Shown: positions 13,541 through 26,343, counted from the first letter of the whole stretch. The stretch: 63,808 nucleotides of DNA, filler included, from Nemertoderma westbladi (GCA_032718475.1; 3 parts of 3 records of this genome joined end to end with filler, not necessarily neighbours in it); one strand, 5' to 3'. The notes: generated by a model from the letters alone, not told the origin. Numbers and translations: made by a program.

Positions 13541-13611
13541 CATTTCGGTCTCTGAGAAAGGGCCAAGACTGTCAATATCTAACTCAATATAAATATCCAC
13601 AGGTAGTCGAC
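13541..13611 (-). CDS. Cys-loop ligand-gated ion channel subunit, exon 3
   Basis: tgtttag|GT...RLPVDIYIELDIDSLGPFSETEM|gtgagt, 71 nt. Matches the PVxVxxxxxIxSxxxxSExxM short exon of GABA-A/glycine receptor genes. Confidence 0.9.
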
Positions 13612-14666
13612 CTAAACAAGGTAAATCCATTAATGATATTTTTAATAACATAAGTTAATTAATTATAAGAAGATAAAACAATTTACCCATTTGTCTTTTA
13701 CCAAACTATCCTATTCCATGACCAGTCCATAGGATCTTCACTACACCAAAGTTTGATTAAGGACAATCGCCCTTACTATAAGTTTAAACTAAAATATTGT
13801 CGGATACAACATAATACTAAATATTAACATGTTTTTTGTATTTTTTATATTTTCCAACTAACTAGTAATACTGTATTATATTATCTATAGACATCCAATA
13901 TTTCTTTATTTAATTTTATAATTTACATTTTACAATTGCTGCTGGTTAGTTAATTGAGCAACATAACTGTTGTTTTGTTGTGTAAGCTTTACTTTACTTT
14001 AATACTCTGGCATCATAGTACACCATACTACTTGCTTCTAGTTAAACTTAATTAATTTCCATTCTTGAAAATATCGTGTCTTTAATGTAAGTAATGCGTC
14101 ACATGTGACGTTCTACTCTAGATGTTGGACCCAGCTACACAAGAAGTTGGAATACCTATCTTTGTCGACTATTCTATAAACCCTCAGTGTAGAAAAAGGG
14201 GGATGGAACTGAGTCCAGTATCAATGGCGTATTTGCTAGTGTGGCTCGCCCCAATCTGATTCACATGTATTTTGTATCTGCCCCTTTGTTGATGTCGTTA
14301 TGAATATATACCCATTAGACAACATCCCCTTTCCCTGTCTTGATTAGTGTTCCAATACATTCCACTATGTGATATGAACTGTTAAAGGTATTGGAGATTT
14401 AGATATATTGTAATTGATTGGATTTGGGTTTTGAACTGTTATTTTTTAAGTAAGTGATATACTTTTCTAACTCTAATTATTTATTTAATTGTACGTAATG
14501 TTTGGGTTCTCTTTGGAGTTTATACACATTATTATGACCTTGTTTGCTACTCAGATAATGCGTTTATTTATATATTTGTAAAAAAAATCAAGTTTATAAT
14601 TATTTTATGATTGGAGAGTGACGAGGCTGGTACCTTTATAGAATTCGCTACTTTTAACTGGTGCTT

Positions 14667-15040
14667 AAATTAGTTTATGATTTATGTTTATTTTGTGCTG
14701 ACAGTATAACAAAAAAAATAAAATTTTTTTTTTTAAATTAGTTTATGATTTATGTTTATTTTGTGCTGACAGTATAACAAAAAAAAAAAAAATTTTTTAA
14801 AATTAGTTTATGATTTTATGTTTATTTTGTGCTGACAGTATAACAAAAAAAAAAAAAAAATTTTTTTAAATTAGTTTGTGATTTGTTTATTTTGTGCTGA
14901 CAGTATAACAAAAAAAAAAAAAAAATCTTTTTAAATTAGTTTATGATTTATGTTTATTTTGTGCTGACAGTATAACAAAAAAAAAAAAATTTTTTTAAAT
15001 TAGTTTATGATTTATGTTTATTTTGTGCTGACAGTATAAC
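14667..15040. repeat. Tandem repeat, ~66-bp unit, ~6 copies
   Basis: AAATTAGTTTATGATTTATGTTTATTTTGTGCTGACAGTATAAC followed by A-run/T-run, repeated. Confidence 0.9.
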
Positions 15041-15123
15041 AGTGTATATTAATTCCCATTGTACTGTGTGCGCATGGTCAATAATAATATCTAATTAGGT
15101 ATTATTGAAATGTGTGTAAGTAC

Positions 15124-16714
15124 CAGAGGCATAACGAGGGGGGGGGGGACGTTCCCCCGGGCGCACTCACCCAGGGGCGCAGAAATGTCAGGGGATTCTT
15201 GTAAAACTATGACAAATGAGTGACAAGTCAGGGATTGTGATATATTGTATACAGGACATGTGTCATACGCAAAAGTGTGGGAAAATTGTATATGCTCGCT
15301 TTGCTCGCCATTCAAGTTCCATTCAATATATTATAAGTGCACTCCTGCACTGGGGCGTCCTCCAAGGAGACACACTTGCACCATTCTTGTTCATTATTGT
15401 GGTTGACTATGTTCTACGCATGTCCTTAGATCATCATAATGATGATGGGGTGATGATAACTCCACCTACTGGCTCCAGAAGTCGAGGAAATCCTGCCAAG
15501 TACCTAACTGATCTAGACTTTGCTGATGACTTAGGAGTACTCTCAGAATCATTAGAGGGAGCCCAACGGCTCCTCAGCTCATTAGAACATGCTGCTTCTA
15601 GTGTTGGTCTTTTTATTAACTCCAGAAAGACCAAAATTCTGACAGTTAACTTTGAAAGTCCTCAGCAAGTCTCTGATCGGATGAGCATAAGCTCAAAGGA
15701 TGGTATGCTTGAGCATGTGGACGACTTCTGTTACCTGGGATCATGGATCCGGAAGTCAGGTGAGGACCTTCGAATACGTAAGGGAAAGGCATGGGCAGCA
15801 TTGAATAGGCTTTCCAGGATTTGGAAGTCACCGAGAATTAATCGGAAACTTAAGGTCCGATTATTTAGAGCAGCAGTAGTTCCAGTACTCCTCTACGGGA
15901 GTCCATGCTGGGCTCTAACTGCTGAGGACACCAAATCTCTGGATGGCACATTCACCAGAATGCTACGCCGGGTTCATTGTGTCAAGTACAATGCACACAT
16001 CTCCAACCAGACACTATATAACATTGGAGGTGTCTCATTGGTTCCCCCAAGTTTGACACTAGAACAAAATCGCCTCCGCTTTGCAGGACATTGCTTTCGC
16101 CGTGAGGACCAGCCAGTGCATAATCTTGTACTTTGGCAGCCTCGTGGAGTGAATAAGCATGGTGGACAGCCCATGACTTTCTTGAGACGCATCTTAAAGG
16201 ACACTGGCCTTAAAGATGCGGATGATCTAGCAAATGTCATGGGTGATAGGGAGTTGTGGCGGTGCAATTTTGTTGACAAGCCGGCACAGCATTCTTAAAA
16301 ATGCAGCTGCAATGCAGCATGCCGATCCTAGTAGTAGTGTAAGTACCAGAGGCATAACGAGGGGGGGGACGTTCCCCCGGGCGCACTCACCCAGGGGCGC
16401 AGAAATGTCAGGGGATTCTTGTAAAACTATGACAAATGAGTGACAAGTCAGGGATTGTGATATATTGTATACAGGACATGTGTCATACGCAAAAGTGTGG
16501 GAAAATTGTATATGCTCGCTTTGCTCGCCATTCAAGTTCCATTCAATATATTATAAGTGCACTATATCAAACTAGTGTATAGTTATATACTGTTAGATAT
16601 ATAATATTTAAGAAAAAAACGTCATCAATTAAAAGTTAAAATTATTGAAGTGGGAGAGGTGCTATCTCAGCTTCATTCCCCCCCTGGGTGCCAGAAGCGC
16701 TCGCTGCCCTTCTG
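15124..16714. mobile_element. hAT-like MITE interrupted and partly duplicated by an RTE insertion
   Basis: Starts CAGAGGCATAACGAG, ends CGCTGCCCTTCTG (imperfect TIR); 8-bp flanks GTAAGTAC (15116-15123) and GTATGTAC (16715-16722). Confidence 0.6.
15344..16336 (+). mobile_element. 5'-truncated RTE-clade LINE (RT C-terminal half)
   Basis: GVLQGDTLAPFLF, LDFADD, FCYLGS, PVLLYG, RLRFAGHC motifs, open to 16298; (TAG)n tail at 16329-16337; flanked by a direct repeat 15114-15343 / 16337-16563. Confidence 0.92.
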
Positions 16715-16724
16715 GTATGTACAT

Positions 16725-17650
16725 ATATATATATCAGCCAACCACTAGGATGCTTTGTCTACAACCTCCGCCATATATAAATATCAACCAACCACTAGGA
16801 TGCTTTGTCTACAACCTCCGCTATATATAAATATCAACCAACCACTAGGATGCTTTGTCTACAACCTCCGCTATATATAAATATCAACCAACCACTAGGA
16901 TGCTTTGTCTACAACCTCCGCTATATATAAATATCAACCAACCACTAGGATGCTTTGTCTACAACCTCCGCTATATATATATATCAACCAACCACTAGGA
17001 AGCTTTGTCTACAACCTCCGCTATATATAAATATCAACCAACCACTAGGATGCTTTGTCTACAACCTCCGCTATATATAAATATCAACCAACCACTAGGA
17101 TGCTTTGTCTACAACCTCCGCTATATATAAATATCAACCAGCCACTAGGATGCTTTGTCTACAACCTCCGCTATATATAAATATCAACCAACCACTAGGA
17201 TGCTTTGTCTACAACCTCCGCTATATATAAATATCAACCAACCACTAGGATGCTTTGTCTACAACCTCCGCTATATATAAATATCAACCAACCACTAGGA
17301 TGCTTTGTCTACAACCTCCGCTATATATAAATATCAACCAACCACTAGGATGCTTTGTCTACAACCTCCGCCATATATAAATATCAACCAACCACTAGGA
17401 TGCTTTGTCTACAACCTCCGCTATATATAAATATCAGCCAACCACTAGGATGCTTTGTCTACAACCTCCGCCATATATATATCATCCAACCACTAGGATG
17501 CTTTGTCTACAACCTCCGCTATATATAAATATCAGCCAACCACTAGGATGCTTTGTCTACAACCTCCGCCATATATAAATATCAGCCAACCACTCGGATG
17601 CTATGTCTACAACCTCCGCCATATATAAATATCAGCCAACCAACCACTAG
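16725..17650. repeat. Minisatellite, 50-bp unit, ~18 copies
   Basis: ATATATAAATATCAACCAACCACTAGGATGCTTTGTCTACAACCTCCGCT repeated almost perfectly. Confidence 0.95.
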
Positions 17651-18129
17651 GATATCAATGCATCTGAATTATCAAGACCAGCGGCAGAGCAGCACGTTTC
17701 TTCTCACGAGCCGGCTGCCATAGAACAAGAGCACACCCAGTTACTATCGAGATTATGTGACTTCGTTTGTTAAGTGAACATTGTATTTATACAATAAACA
17801 TTGCTTAGCATCCTGGTGTATCATCAAGACATTTTGTGTCTTATACAGTTAGATACTAACAGGGACTGCCATATAGCACACAGGCTCTTCTGCAACACCA
17901 AATAAAGTGACATTCGAAGAAGGAAGAATTCCAATGCAATTATCATCCTGTGATAGTTAATTTAATACAGAACATGCTTTCGTAGTCTGAGTTCATAGGT
18001 AGATATCTTAATCAAAGATTCTAGGTAGCAGAAGTTATCTGCAACCAGTCTATCTAAAAACTGAACCCACTGACGGCCGTTGTTGCCTTGCTGGTGTGGT
18101 GTAGAATGTAGATCCAAGTTGACAGTCAG

Positions 18130-18350
18130 AATATGGCCATAAGGAAATCTACAAATATCATGGCTAGATGGTTGTCTTTCCTTGTAGACAATTCTTCAAT
18201 GATCTTCTGAAATTCCAGAATGGGATCCACGGTGCTCCTACCTTTACAAAACAAATTTTGGATGCCACGCCGTTCAACAGGATTCCTTCCTTATGCATGC
18301 AGTGTAACATTAACATATTGAATAGGATAGATGAAATCCAAGTCGAGCTG
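18130..18350 (-). mobile_element. Old RTE-clade RT fragment
   Basis: Minus strand reads KGRSTVDPILEFQKIIEELSTRKDNHLAMIFVDF, homologous to the IIEELSRKKD segment near 12300-12380. Confidence 0.6.
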
Positions 18351-20039
18351 ATCCCATGTTATGTATGACCCACATAGTTTGAGGTTTTGGGAAAGTAGTA
18401 ACTAACGCTTGTTAATAGTACTCATGTCTTTGTGTGGTACATATCTTAGTACATAATAATTAGATGATGAGCAGCTTTATAAGTTAATTAATTCATAGAA
18501 TAGAAATCGTACTCTAATTAGGACACGCATTGCAAAATTAATTTAAGTTATCCAAACTGAATTACTGATATCAATGATATCCATTACCAGTAGTAACTTA
18601 TTCCTGTTTGACACAAGCCATTCCGGTAATTAGGCGATGCAATGTAAGATTTCTGGAAGAGATAATCATTCACAATTCAATATCAAAGTCATTAACTCTG
18701 GAGGTTGCAGCTAAACCCCAACAGTAAAAAGCCCGAAGGAGAAGAATGGCGAAAGTAAAAGATTATGTAAATGTGCTTTGCATTATTCATATATTATAAT
18801 GGACTAGATGCAGCTGCATTATTATTCTACTACATTGCGTCTAGATCATACTTGTCCAAACGAATACCTGATATATTCTGATAATGGTAATTTATCCATT
18901 TTGTCTTGTCTGACCTCAGGTGGCGTGTGTACAATAAGTGAGAAAGATGTAATTAATATTAGTCTGATGAAGATATCCCCGAAGAAAAAAGTTAAATTCC
19001 AAACATATGGCACTGAGGCAAAACCTTTATTGGATTCACAATGACGCAATTCTAGTTGTCACTGGAGTATGTTCTTCTATGGTGGAGGCTCTGCTTGTCT
19101 CATTTTGACAAACCTCAACAAGCTGAACACCCTTGACCATGGTATCCATCAAAAGAAACTGGATTGCTACGGAATACTTGGACTCTCATTACAACTTCTA
19201 TGTGGTTTCTATTACATTGACGGCATTCCTTCTGATCAAACTTTTGCAACTCTATGGAACCCAACAACCGCAAGGGGGCGCCAATTTTTTTTTAATTTTT
19301 ATGTACTACTTTTGATGATCCTCTTTTCGATGGTATATAGTTTTCTATGAATTTTTCAACCACATTGGGGACATCATTGCAACACAAATGTTAATAACCT
19401 TACATCTACTGTCAATCTTGAAATATAGCAACTCGATAACGGGCTTATAGATAATAAACGTTCATTAAACATTATGAAAACAGAATATATAATTATATAA
19501 TCATCTTTATAACAAAAAAATGCAGGCACATAATTGTTCCCTTCCGGTTTCATTAGCTTCAATATCAATTTCACAAACATCAGCTTCAAAATGTCCAGTG
19601 TCTCTAAACACATTGATACAAATGAGAGGAACAGAACTGCAATCATCCACACCCCCATATTATGTATGTACTACAATGTTGTCCTACAATATTTTTAGCT
19701 TATATAACAAAACAAAATTGGAATCTGACTGAATCAGATTGAATCTCAGAATATTAATTGATAATGTTTGTTGTTTTCCGCGGTACTGATTAATTAAAAC
19801 AATTAACACTAAACTCCACACAATAATCACCAAACTCTCAATATTTAGAGTGATATTTAATGATATGAGCTAATAAATTACTTAAACGTCATAAATAAAA
19901 ATCATAAAAACTCCATCAATTGGCCAATCGAGTTCATGAAAATCAAAGTTCAATCCCGAGTGAGTTTACATAAAAAATTCGATGAAAATGGAAAAAGACG
20001 GGTAACTCTCTTTTTCTCAATAATATAAATTGTTTGCGA

Positions 20040-20700
20040 ACTTTGACACAGTTCAGTTCGATCTTTGACCCTTATGACTCAGTTCGAACTTTGACCCTTT
20101 TGACCTAGTCCGAACTTTGACCCTTTTGACCCCGTTCGAACTTTGACTCTTTTGACCCAGTTCGAACTTTGACCCATTTGAATCAGTCCGAACTTTGACC
20201 CATTTGACTCAGTCCGATCTTTGACCCTTTTGACCCAGTTCTAACTTTGACCCTTTTGACCCAGTTCGAACTTTGACACTTTTGACCCAGTCCGATCTTT
20301 GACCCTTTTGATTCAGTTCGACCGTTGACCCATTTGACTCAGTCCGAACTTTGACACTTTTGACCCAGTTCGAACTTTGACTCTTTTGACCCAGTTCGAA
20401 CTTTGACCCTTTTGACCCAGTTCGAACTATGACCCTTTTGACCCAGTTCGAACTTTGACCCTTTTGTCCCAGTTCGAACTTTGACCCTTTTGACCCAGTT
20501 CGAACATTGACCCTTTTGACCCAGTTCGAACTTTGACTCTTTTGACCCAGTTCGAACTTTGACCCTTTTGAACCAGTTCGAACTTTGACCCTCTGACCCA
20601 TTTCGAACTTTGTCCCCTTTGACCCAGTTCGAACTTTGACCCTTTTGACCCAGTTCGAACTTTGACCCTTTTGACCCAGTTTGAACTTTGACTCTTTCAC
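20040..20700. repeat. Minisatellite, 26-bp unit, ~25 copies
   Basis: GACCCAGTTCGAACTTTGACCCTTTT repeated; lies in intron 2 of the channel gene next to the exon 2 donor. Confidence 0.95.
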
Positions 20701-20716
20701 CCATTCCATTACTTAC

Positions 20717-20826
20717 GCTGTAGATTTGGTCTAAATCTTGGATCGTAACCCCTGAGAACTAAGTTGAACATCTTTGTCATCAGGGTTGGATCATATTCCA
20801 TATCAGTTTCCCCTTTAGTTTGTTGG
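20717..20826 (-). CDS. Cys-loop ligand-gated ion channel subunit, exon 2
   Basis: tttag|C...QQTKGETDMEYDPTLMTKMFNLVLRGYDPRFRPNLQ-C|gtaagt. Contains the N-terminal helix motif LxxGYDxRxRP of pentameric channels; phases fit both neighbours. Confidence 0.9.
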
Positions 20827-22284
20827 CTAAATAATAAGAAAAAATAACTAACTCAGAAATTGTTAATAAATCAACAATTAATATCTGTAAATTATTTATG
20901 TTTTTATAATATTTCAAGTACGTATTAATATTACTAGATAATAGTAGATAATAATATTTCCAGTAAGTATTTCAAAGGTAAAAGAGGTATCAAGCGGGGG
21001 GGGGGGGGGGGGGGGGGGGTTAATTCAGCTGGTTGCAAGGATGGCAGGAGGCAGGAGACGGACAGATTAAGGACGATAGTGTGTGGTAGCGGAGTGTACA
21101 CTATTTATTGGATTTTGATAAATAATTTACTCAAATATTATGTACTTAATATTAACTATTTATTATTAACGCCATTTGTTCACCTCAGTATCAAGTATAC
21201 TTATTACATGAACGAAGGAAGGCGAGTGAAATTATAAAACGGTACATTTGAGTGTTAAAAAAGCGGCAATTTTGGTAATAATTTTCATATAAAATGTAAA
21301 TTTATTAAAAATCACTAACGTTTTTAACAAAATTTAAAATTTTTGATTAATGAATTGCTATATTAGTCATTATTAAAACTAAATCTCGGTTTGTCCCCAT
21401 ACACCCCCATTGTTCGGTCGGGCTTTTTCCCATGCTTCCGCTAAACAGCTCCCCTTGTTAACCATCGCTACTCCCCCCCCCCCCCCCCCCCCTCCACCCC
21501 CCACACACACGCACTCTTTTGGGTTGCCTGGAAGCTTTTAACTCGCCAAGATAAGATGATAATTATAGATTTGCGGGTTAGAAAGTCAATTTTGATTATT
21601 TAAATATTTATTGCATAAAAAACAAATAGCACTATAATTCCTACCAAACCCGATATCGATTTGTGCAAAGCGGGAGTTAGCGAATATAAATCCTTTCTTT
21701 TCGTATTCCTTAAGACCATCAATTACAGTTTACATCGACCTCTATGTAACTAAGTAACAACGGCGTTATAGTTTATAAGGCCGTGTTACATCCAGTCCAA
21801 ACTACCCCAGAGAAAATTAACGATATTATATTCTCCTGAACTCATACTGCATTATTTATTCAATGTGCGACACTTTCAATAGTAATACACTTACGGGCAC
21901 AGCACACTGAGTTCTATACATACAAATACACACATCTATCTATCTTGATAAGTTTCCAGTTAGAACCAGTTAATATAATGAAATCGAACTTCACTTAAGA
22001 TTTGGTGGCCTTTCAAAGAAGCGTAATTTATTGAATCAACAAGTTACTTTATCCAATCTTGTGTATACACTGCTGATAGGAATTTTGATTAGGCAGTTGT
22101 GGCCAATAGCATTAATAACACCCTTATGATCAGCTTCCAGGTGCATCAACCCTTGGGAATCGATTAGATCAACCAAATATAGCAACTGGGTTCCCTTTGT
22201 TAAGTAATCAACTGTGTGCAGGAGGTGATGTGCACTAGCTAGTCGGGCTTTTTTTCGTCGACGAAACAACGCAGCGAGCTTGTC

Positions 22285-23465
22285 GTGGTGGCAAAGATCC
22301 ACACTCACTTTCTGGTGGCAGAGATCCACTGTGATGGCCTCACTTTCTGTTGGCAGAGATCCACTGTGATGGACTCACTTTGTGGTGGCAGAGATCCACT
22401 GTGTAGGACTCACTCTGTGGTGGCAGAGATCCACTATGTGGGACTCACTTTGTGGTGGCAGAGATCCACTGTGTGGGACTCACTTTGTGATGACAGAGAT
22501 CCACTGTGTGGGACTCACTTTGTGGTGGCAGAGATCCACTGTGTGGGACTCACTTTGTGGTGACAGAGATCCACTGTGTGGGACTCACTTTGTGTTAACA
22601 GAGATCCACTGCGGAGGACTCACTTTCTGGTGGCAAAGATCCACTTTGTGGGACTCACTCTGTGGTGGCAGAGATCCACTGTGCGGGACTCACTCTGTGG
22701 TGGCAGAGATCCACTGTGTGGGACTTACTTTGTGGTGGCAGAGATCCACTGTGTGGGACTCACTTTGTGGTGGTAGAGATCCACTGTGTGGGACTCACTT
22801 TGTGATGACAGAGATCCACTGTGTGGGACTCACTTTGTGGTGGCAGAGAACCACTGTGATGGACTCACTTTGTGGTGGCAGAGATTCACTGTGATGACTC
22901 ACTTTGTGGTGGCAGAGATCCACTGTGATGGACTCACTTTCTGTTGGCAGAGATCCACTGCGATGGACTCACTTTGTGGTGGCAGAGATCCACTGTGTGG
23001 GACTCACTCTGTGGTGGCAGAGATCCACTGTGTGGGACTCACTTTGGTGGTGGCAGAGATCCACTGCATGGGACTCACTTTGTGGTGGCAGAGATCCACT
23101 GTGGGGACTCACTTTGTGGTGGCAGAGATCTACTGTGTGGGACTCACTTTGTGGTGACAGAGATCCACCGTGTGGGACTCACTTTGTGATGACAGAGATT
23201 CCACTGTGTGGGACTCACTTTGTGGTGGCAGAGATCCACTGTGATGGACTCACTTTGTGGTGGCAGAGATCCACTGTGGAGGACTCACTTTGTGGTGGCA
23301 GAGATCCACTGTGATGGACTCAATTTATGGTGGCAGAGATCCACTGTGATTGACTCACTTTGTGGTGGCAGAGATCCTCTGTGGGGGGTCACTTTGTGGT
23401 TGCAGAGATCAACTGTGGAGGACTCACTTTTTCTTTGTGTTGGAAGAGATCCACTATGGGGGACT
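22285..23465. repeat. Minisatellite, 35-bp unit, ~33 copies
   Basis: GTGGTGGCAGAGATCCACTGTGTGGGACTCACTTT repeated; lies in intron 1 of the channel gene. Confidence 0.95.
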
Positions 23466-23997
23466 TAATGCACTTTAAGCACGTTTTGGATTGATATTCT
23501 TCCATTGGCGTATGTAAGCAAACTGGGTAAATACAACCACATACAAAAGCAATGTGGCGAGCAATACAGGCACAACTGTGTTTACAGAAAGCTATCGTTT
23601 GATTTATCATTATGTAAATGACTAGGTATAAAGACTAGTGCAAATGGTATAGAACCCGATTTTTCACTCATTTCTTTTCATTTTGATGGCAGCTCTCTTA
23701 TTTTCATTCAAAAGGATCCTTATTTAGCTACTTGTGTGTTCTTGTACATTGTAAATCAAAGGAAATCGAAATGGCAGAATGTTTTAACTTTCAGACATTC
23801 GTACCAACTGTCATAAAGTAAGTCAGATTGATAAGCAAATAATGCACTTTAAATTAAATTTATTTTATTTTATTCCTTCGTTTATCGCAACAGTTAGGTG
23901 TAGTTTTTGTATTATGATTAAGAACAATTCAATTTAAATAAATTAATAATATATTAAATGATTTAGTATATAGGGTTCAATATTATGAATCACTTAC

Positions 23998-24059
23998 CCA
24001 TTTTTCCCTTTGAAAATATCCAAACACAAACAAATCAAAAATAGAAGCTTTAAATGCAT
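23998..24059 (-). CDS. Cys-loop ligand-gated ion channel subunit, coding exon 1 (signal peptide)
   Basis: Reads ATG...MHLKLLFLICLCLDIFKGKN-GG then the donor GTAAGT. Hydrophobic signal-peptide-like stretch; its phase-2 end matches the phase of the exon at 20717-20826. Confidence 0.75.
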
Positions 24060-25661
24060 CTTCTGAGTTAGTTATGTTATCATTCTCATCACTGGAGATG
24101 TGCAGAATATACAAAATAGAAATATTATAAGTTAGAAAGCAATAAAGTTAGAAAACAAACAAGCACTTTTATAATAAAGTTGAGATTAATTGACAAAAAT
24201 TAAGCAATTTATTATTCACAAATTCGACAACCTTCTTCGCAATTAGAATATTGCTCAGGTGATTACAGAGCATCAATTTGGTTTTATGATTTTGATCATT
24301 AGCACGTACTTCACAACATTAAGTGAACCTGACACTAACAGGTTTTGAGTGCACATCCATTTCATCTCATTTAGGTAAACCTGACACCAAAATGAGTTCG
24401 TTCACAGCCAATACAACTCATTTGACACTGACACTAACTAACTTGAAATTGTGACACTGACACTAACTAACATGTGATGGTTCACATCCAAAGGAACTCC
24501 TTTAGAATGCTGGAGGCCAAGAATGTCAGGTTTATCTATTGCGATATCCTACTGCATTATACATACAATCAGTATTCGCTAGATACTGGTATTTTACTAT
24601 TGTGATATTTTTCCCAAGCTTCCATCGGCCTGGCAAATGTGACACACGGAAAGATTAACTATAAATTTCCAGACTGTCAGCATCTTTAACAGTTTTTAAT
24701 AATAACGTCAAGTAGCCTGAAAAAATGGCCAAAAGATTTCGATATTTGTTACTGGATATTGTATAAAAGTTTGGGTCCTGGTTTGTTATTACAATATTAA
24801 TTACCATTAGGTTAGATTTGTAGAGGCCTACTTTATTCTAATCCTATTTATAATTTATAACCTTTTTTGCTTAGAAATATAGTTATTTTCCTTTTGTTAG
24901 TTATGAAAAGTATGTTTTCTTCCCTTTCTTGATTTTATAGAAACTTTTCCTTTTCTTCTACACCATTATTTATAAGATTTTTTTCTGGTTTGCATAAGTC
25001 TATGCGAGAGACAGCCTCAGCTTAGCAGTGAGACTCCAGACAATGTCACAGAAGTGTAGTAGTTGAAATAGTGTATCCTACCTAATACAGTGACTCAGAA
25101 CAGTAGTACCGTAGTAGACCAAGTGCAGTGGGCTGCAATTCAGTTTTAATAAAGCCATAGCAACGCTGGGTACAGTCCCGCTTTATACTGCATAACTACA
25201 AAGCGTCAGGCAGTTAACTGTTGACTTAGTCTATCACAACTAGTACCACTACACAGTACTAAATATCGTACAAGAACATGAGAACGAAACAATTTTTTTC
25301 TTAAAAATGAAAAAATATCAACAAACTATATAAAAATATATTTTCTTAGATAAAAAAAATAATTCAAAACAAGAAAAAATAATTTGCTACAATACCAAAG
25401 AGGTTAAAATTATATTTCTAATAATAAGAATGAGTAGGATAAGAAGTGTAATTATAAAATAAGATTTCACATCGTAAGGGCGAAGCTTTTCACTGGTATC
25501 CCCACTGGATTTTAATTATTTTATTGGTGTGATATTGTCTGTTTTATTTATGGTACCTTAATTTTAAAGTGCTGGTTCGGCCGCTTTACTTATAATAAAT
25601 AATAATTAAAAGAATGATATCATCTTATAATTAATTAAATATAATTAAATAGTTAATAAAA

Positions 25662-25771
25662 AAAAAGGTGGTTAACGCTTCACGGTTTTGCGTGTCATCC
25701 CTGCGCGGGGGGCCATGCTAACCTTCTCTGTTTACAACCAATTTTATTAAATGTATCGCCTAAGCTGATAC
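25662..25771 (-). ncRNA. U6: U6 spliceosomal snRNA, divergent variant
   Basis: GTATCAGCTTAGGCGATAC (5' hairpin) ATTTAATAAAATTGGTTGTAA ACAGAGA AGGTT AGC ATGGCCCCCCGCGCAGGGATGACACGCAAAACCGTGAAGCGTTAACCACC then a T9 Pol III terminator; ~110 nt. Confidence 0.88.
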
Positions 25772-25795
25772 AGTTAACATATTAAGAGATTGGCG

Positions 25796-25803
25796 TATTT
25801 ATC
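25796..25803 (-). promoter_or_regulatory. TATA-like box of the U6 Pol III promoter
   Basis: GATAAATA at -32 to -25 relative to the U6 +1 G at 25771, the expected position for a type-3 Pol III promoter. Confidence 0.5.
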
Positions 25804-26243
25804 GGAATGAAAAATCCGGGTCAATATCGTGTTAACATATCAATAGTTCGTTTAAAAAAGGGACTCAAACCATTTTATATGAATCTAAATTTATGTTATA
25901 TTAAGATATATCGGTATATAGAAAATTCATTAAATTTTATATTAAAAATTTAATTTAAGTGAATTGATTTAATTTATATAAATTGAATATAATATCAATA
26001 ATCCTGGTTTGGAATGAATGAAATAATTTCTGCAAACTTTCTTTTGGCTACTCTGCCAAACAGAATTCTGGTTGGATGTTTCTGTACCAACATCCTGTAC
26101 AATCTAGTAGGCAACCAATCACATTGCCACTGAGTAGGCGCTTTTCAGCTACTCAACTCTCTTGATACTAAGGGGGAAGAAATGCTTAACATACACAGTA
26201 GGCCTATAATACTTATCTACTTAACTACTTAATCATCTTTGTC

Positions 26244-26343
26244 NNNNNNNNNNNNNNNNNNNNNNNNNNNNNNNNNNNNNNNNNNNNTTAATTAATTAAN
26301 NNNNNNNNNNNNNNNNNNNNNNNNNNNNNNNNNNNNNNNNNNN
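26244..26343. other. Assembly gap with artificial linker
   Basis: 100-nt N-run with a central TTAATTAATTAA. Confidence 0.97.

Noticed and set aside
15114-16563. LTRs or a diversity-generating retroelement repeat pair around an RT
   Set aside because: The RT is a truncated RTE LINE with a (TAG)n tail; the repeats are host MITE sequence with no adenine-specific differences.
16725-23465. Regular repeat arrays (50, 26 and 35 bp) as CRISPR arrays
   Set aside because: Units are head-to-tail with no unique spacers, no cas genes are present, and the context is eukaryotic introns.
23998-24091. Alternative exon reading DENDNITNSEDAFK...REKW from the acceptor at 24091
   Set aside because: That frame ends in phase 0 and cannot join exon 2; the ATG at 24059 frame gives a signal peptide in the right phase. 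The acceptor may still serve a 5' UTR intron.
26288-26299. TTAATTAATTAA inside N-runs (also near 54832)
   Set aside because: Identical scaffold linker in both gaps, not biological; it also creates the false end of ORF 54832-55599.
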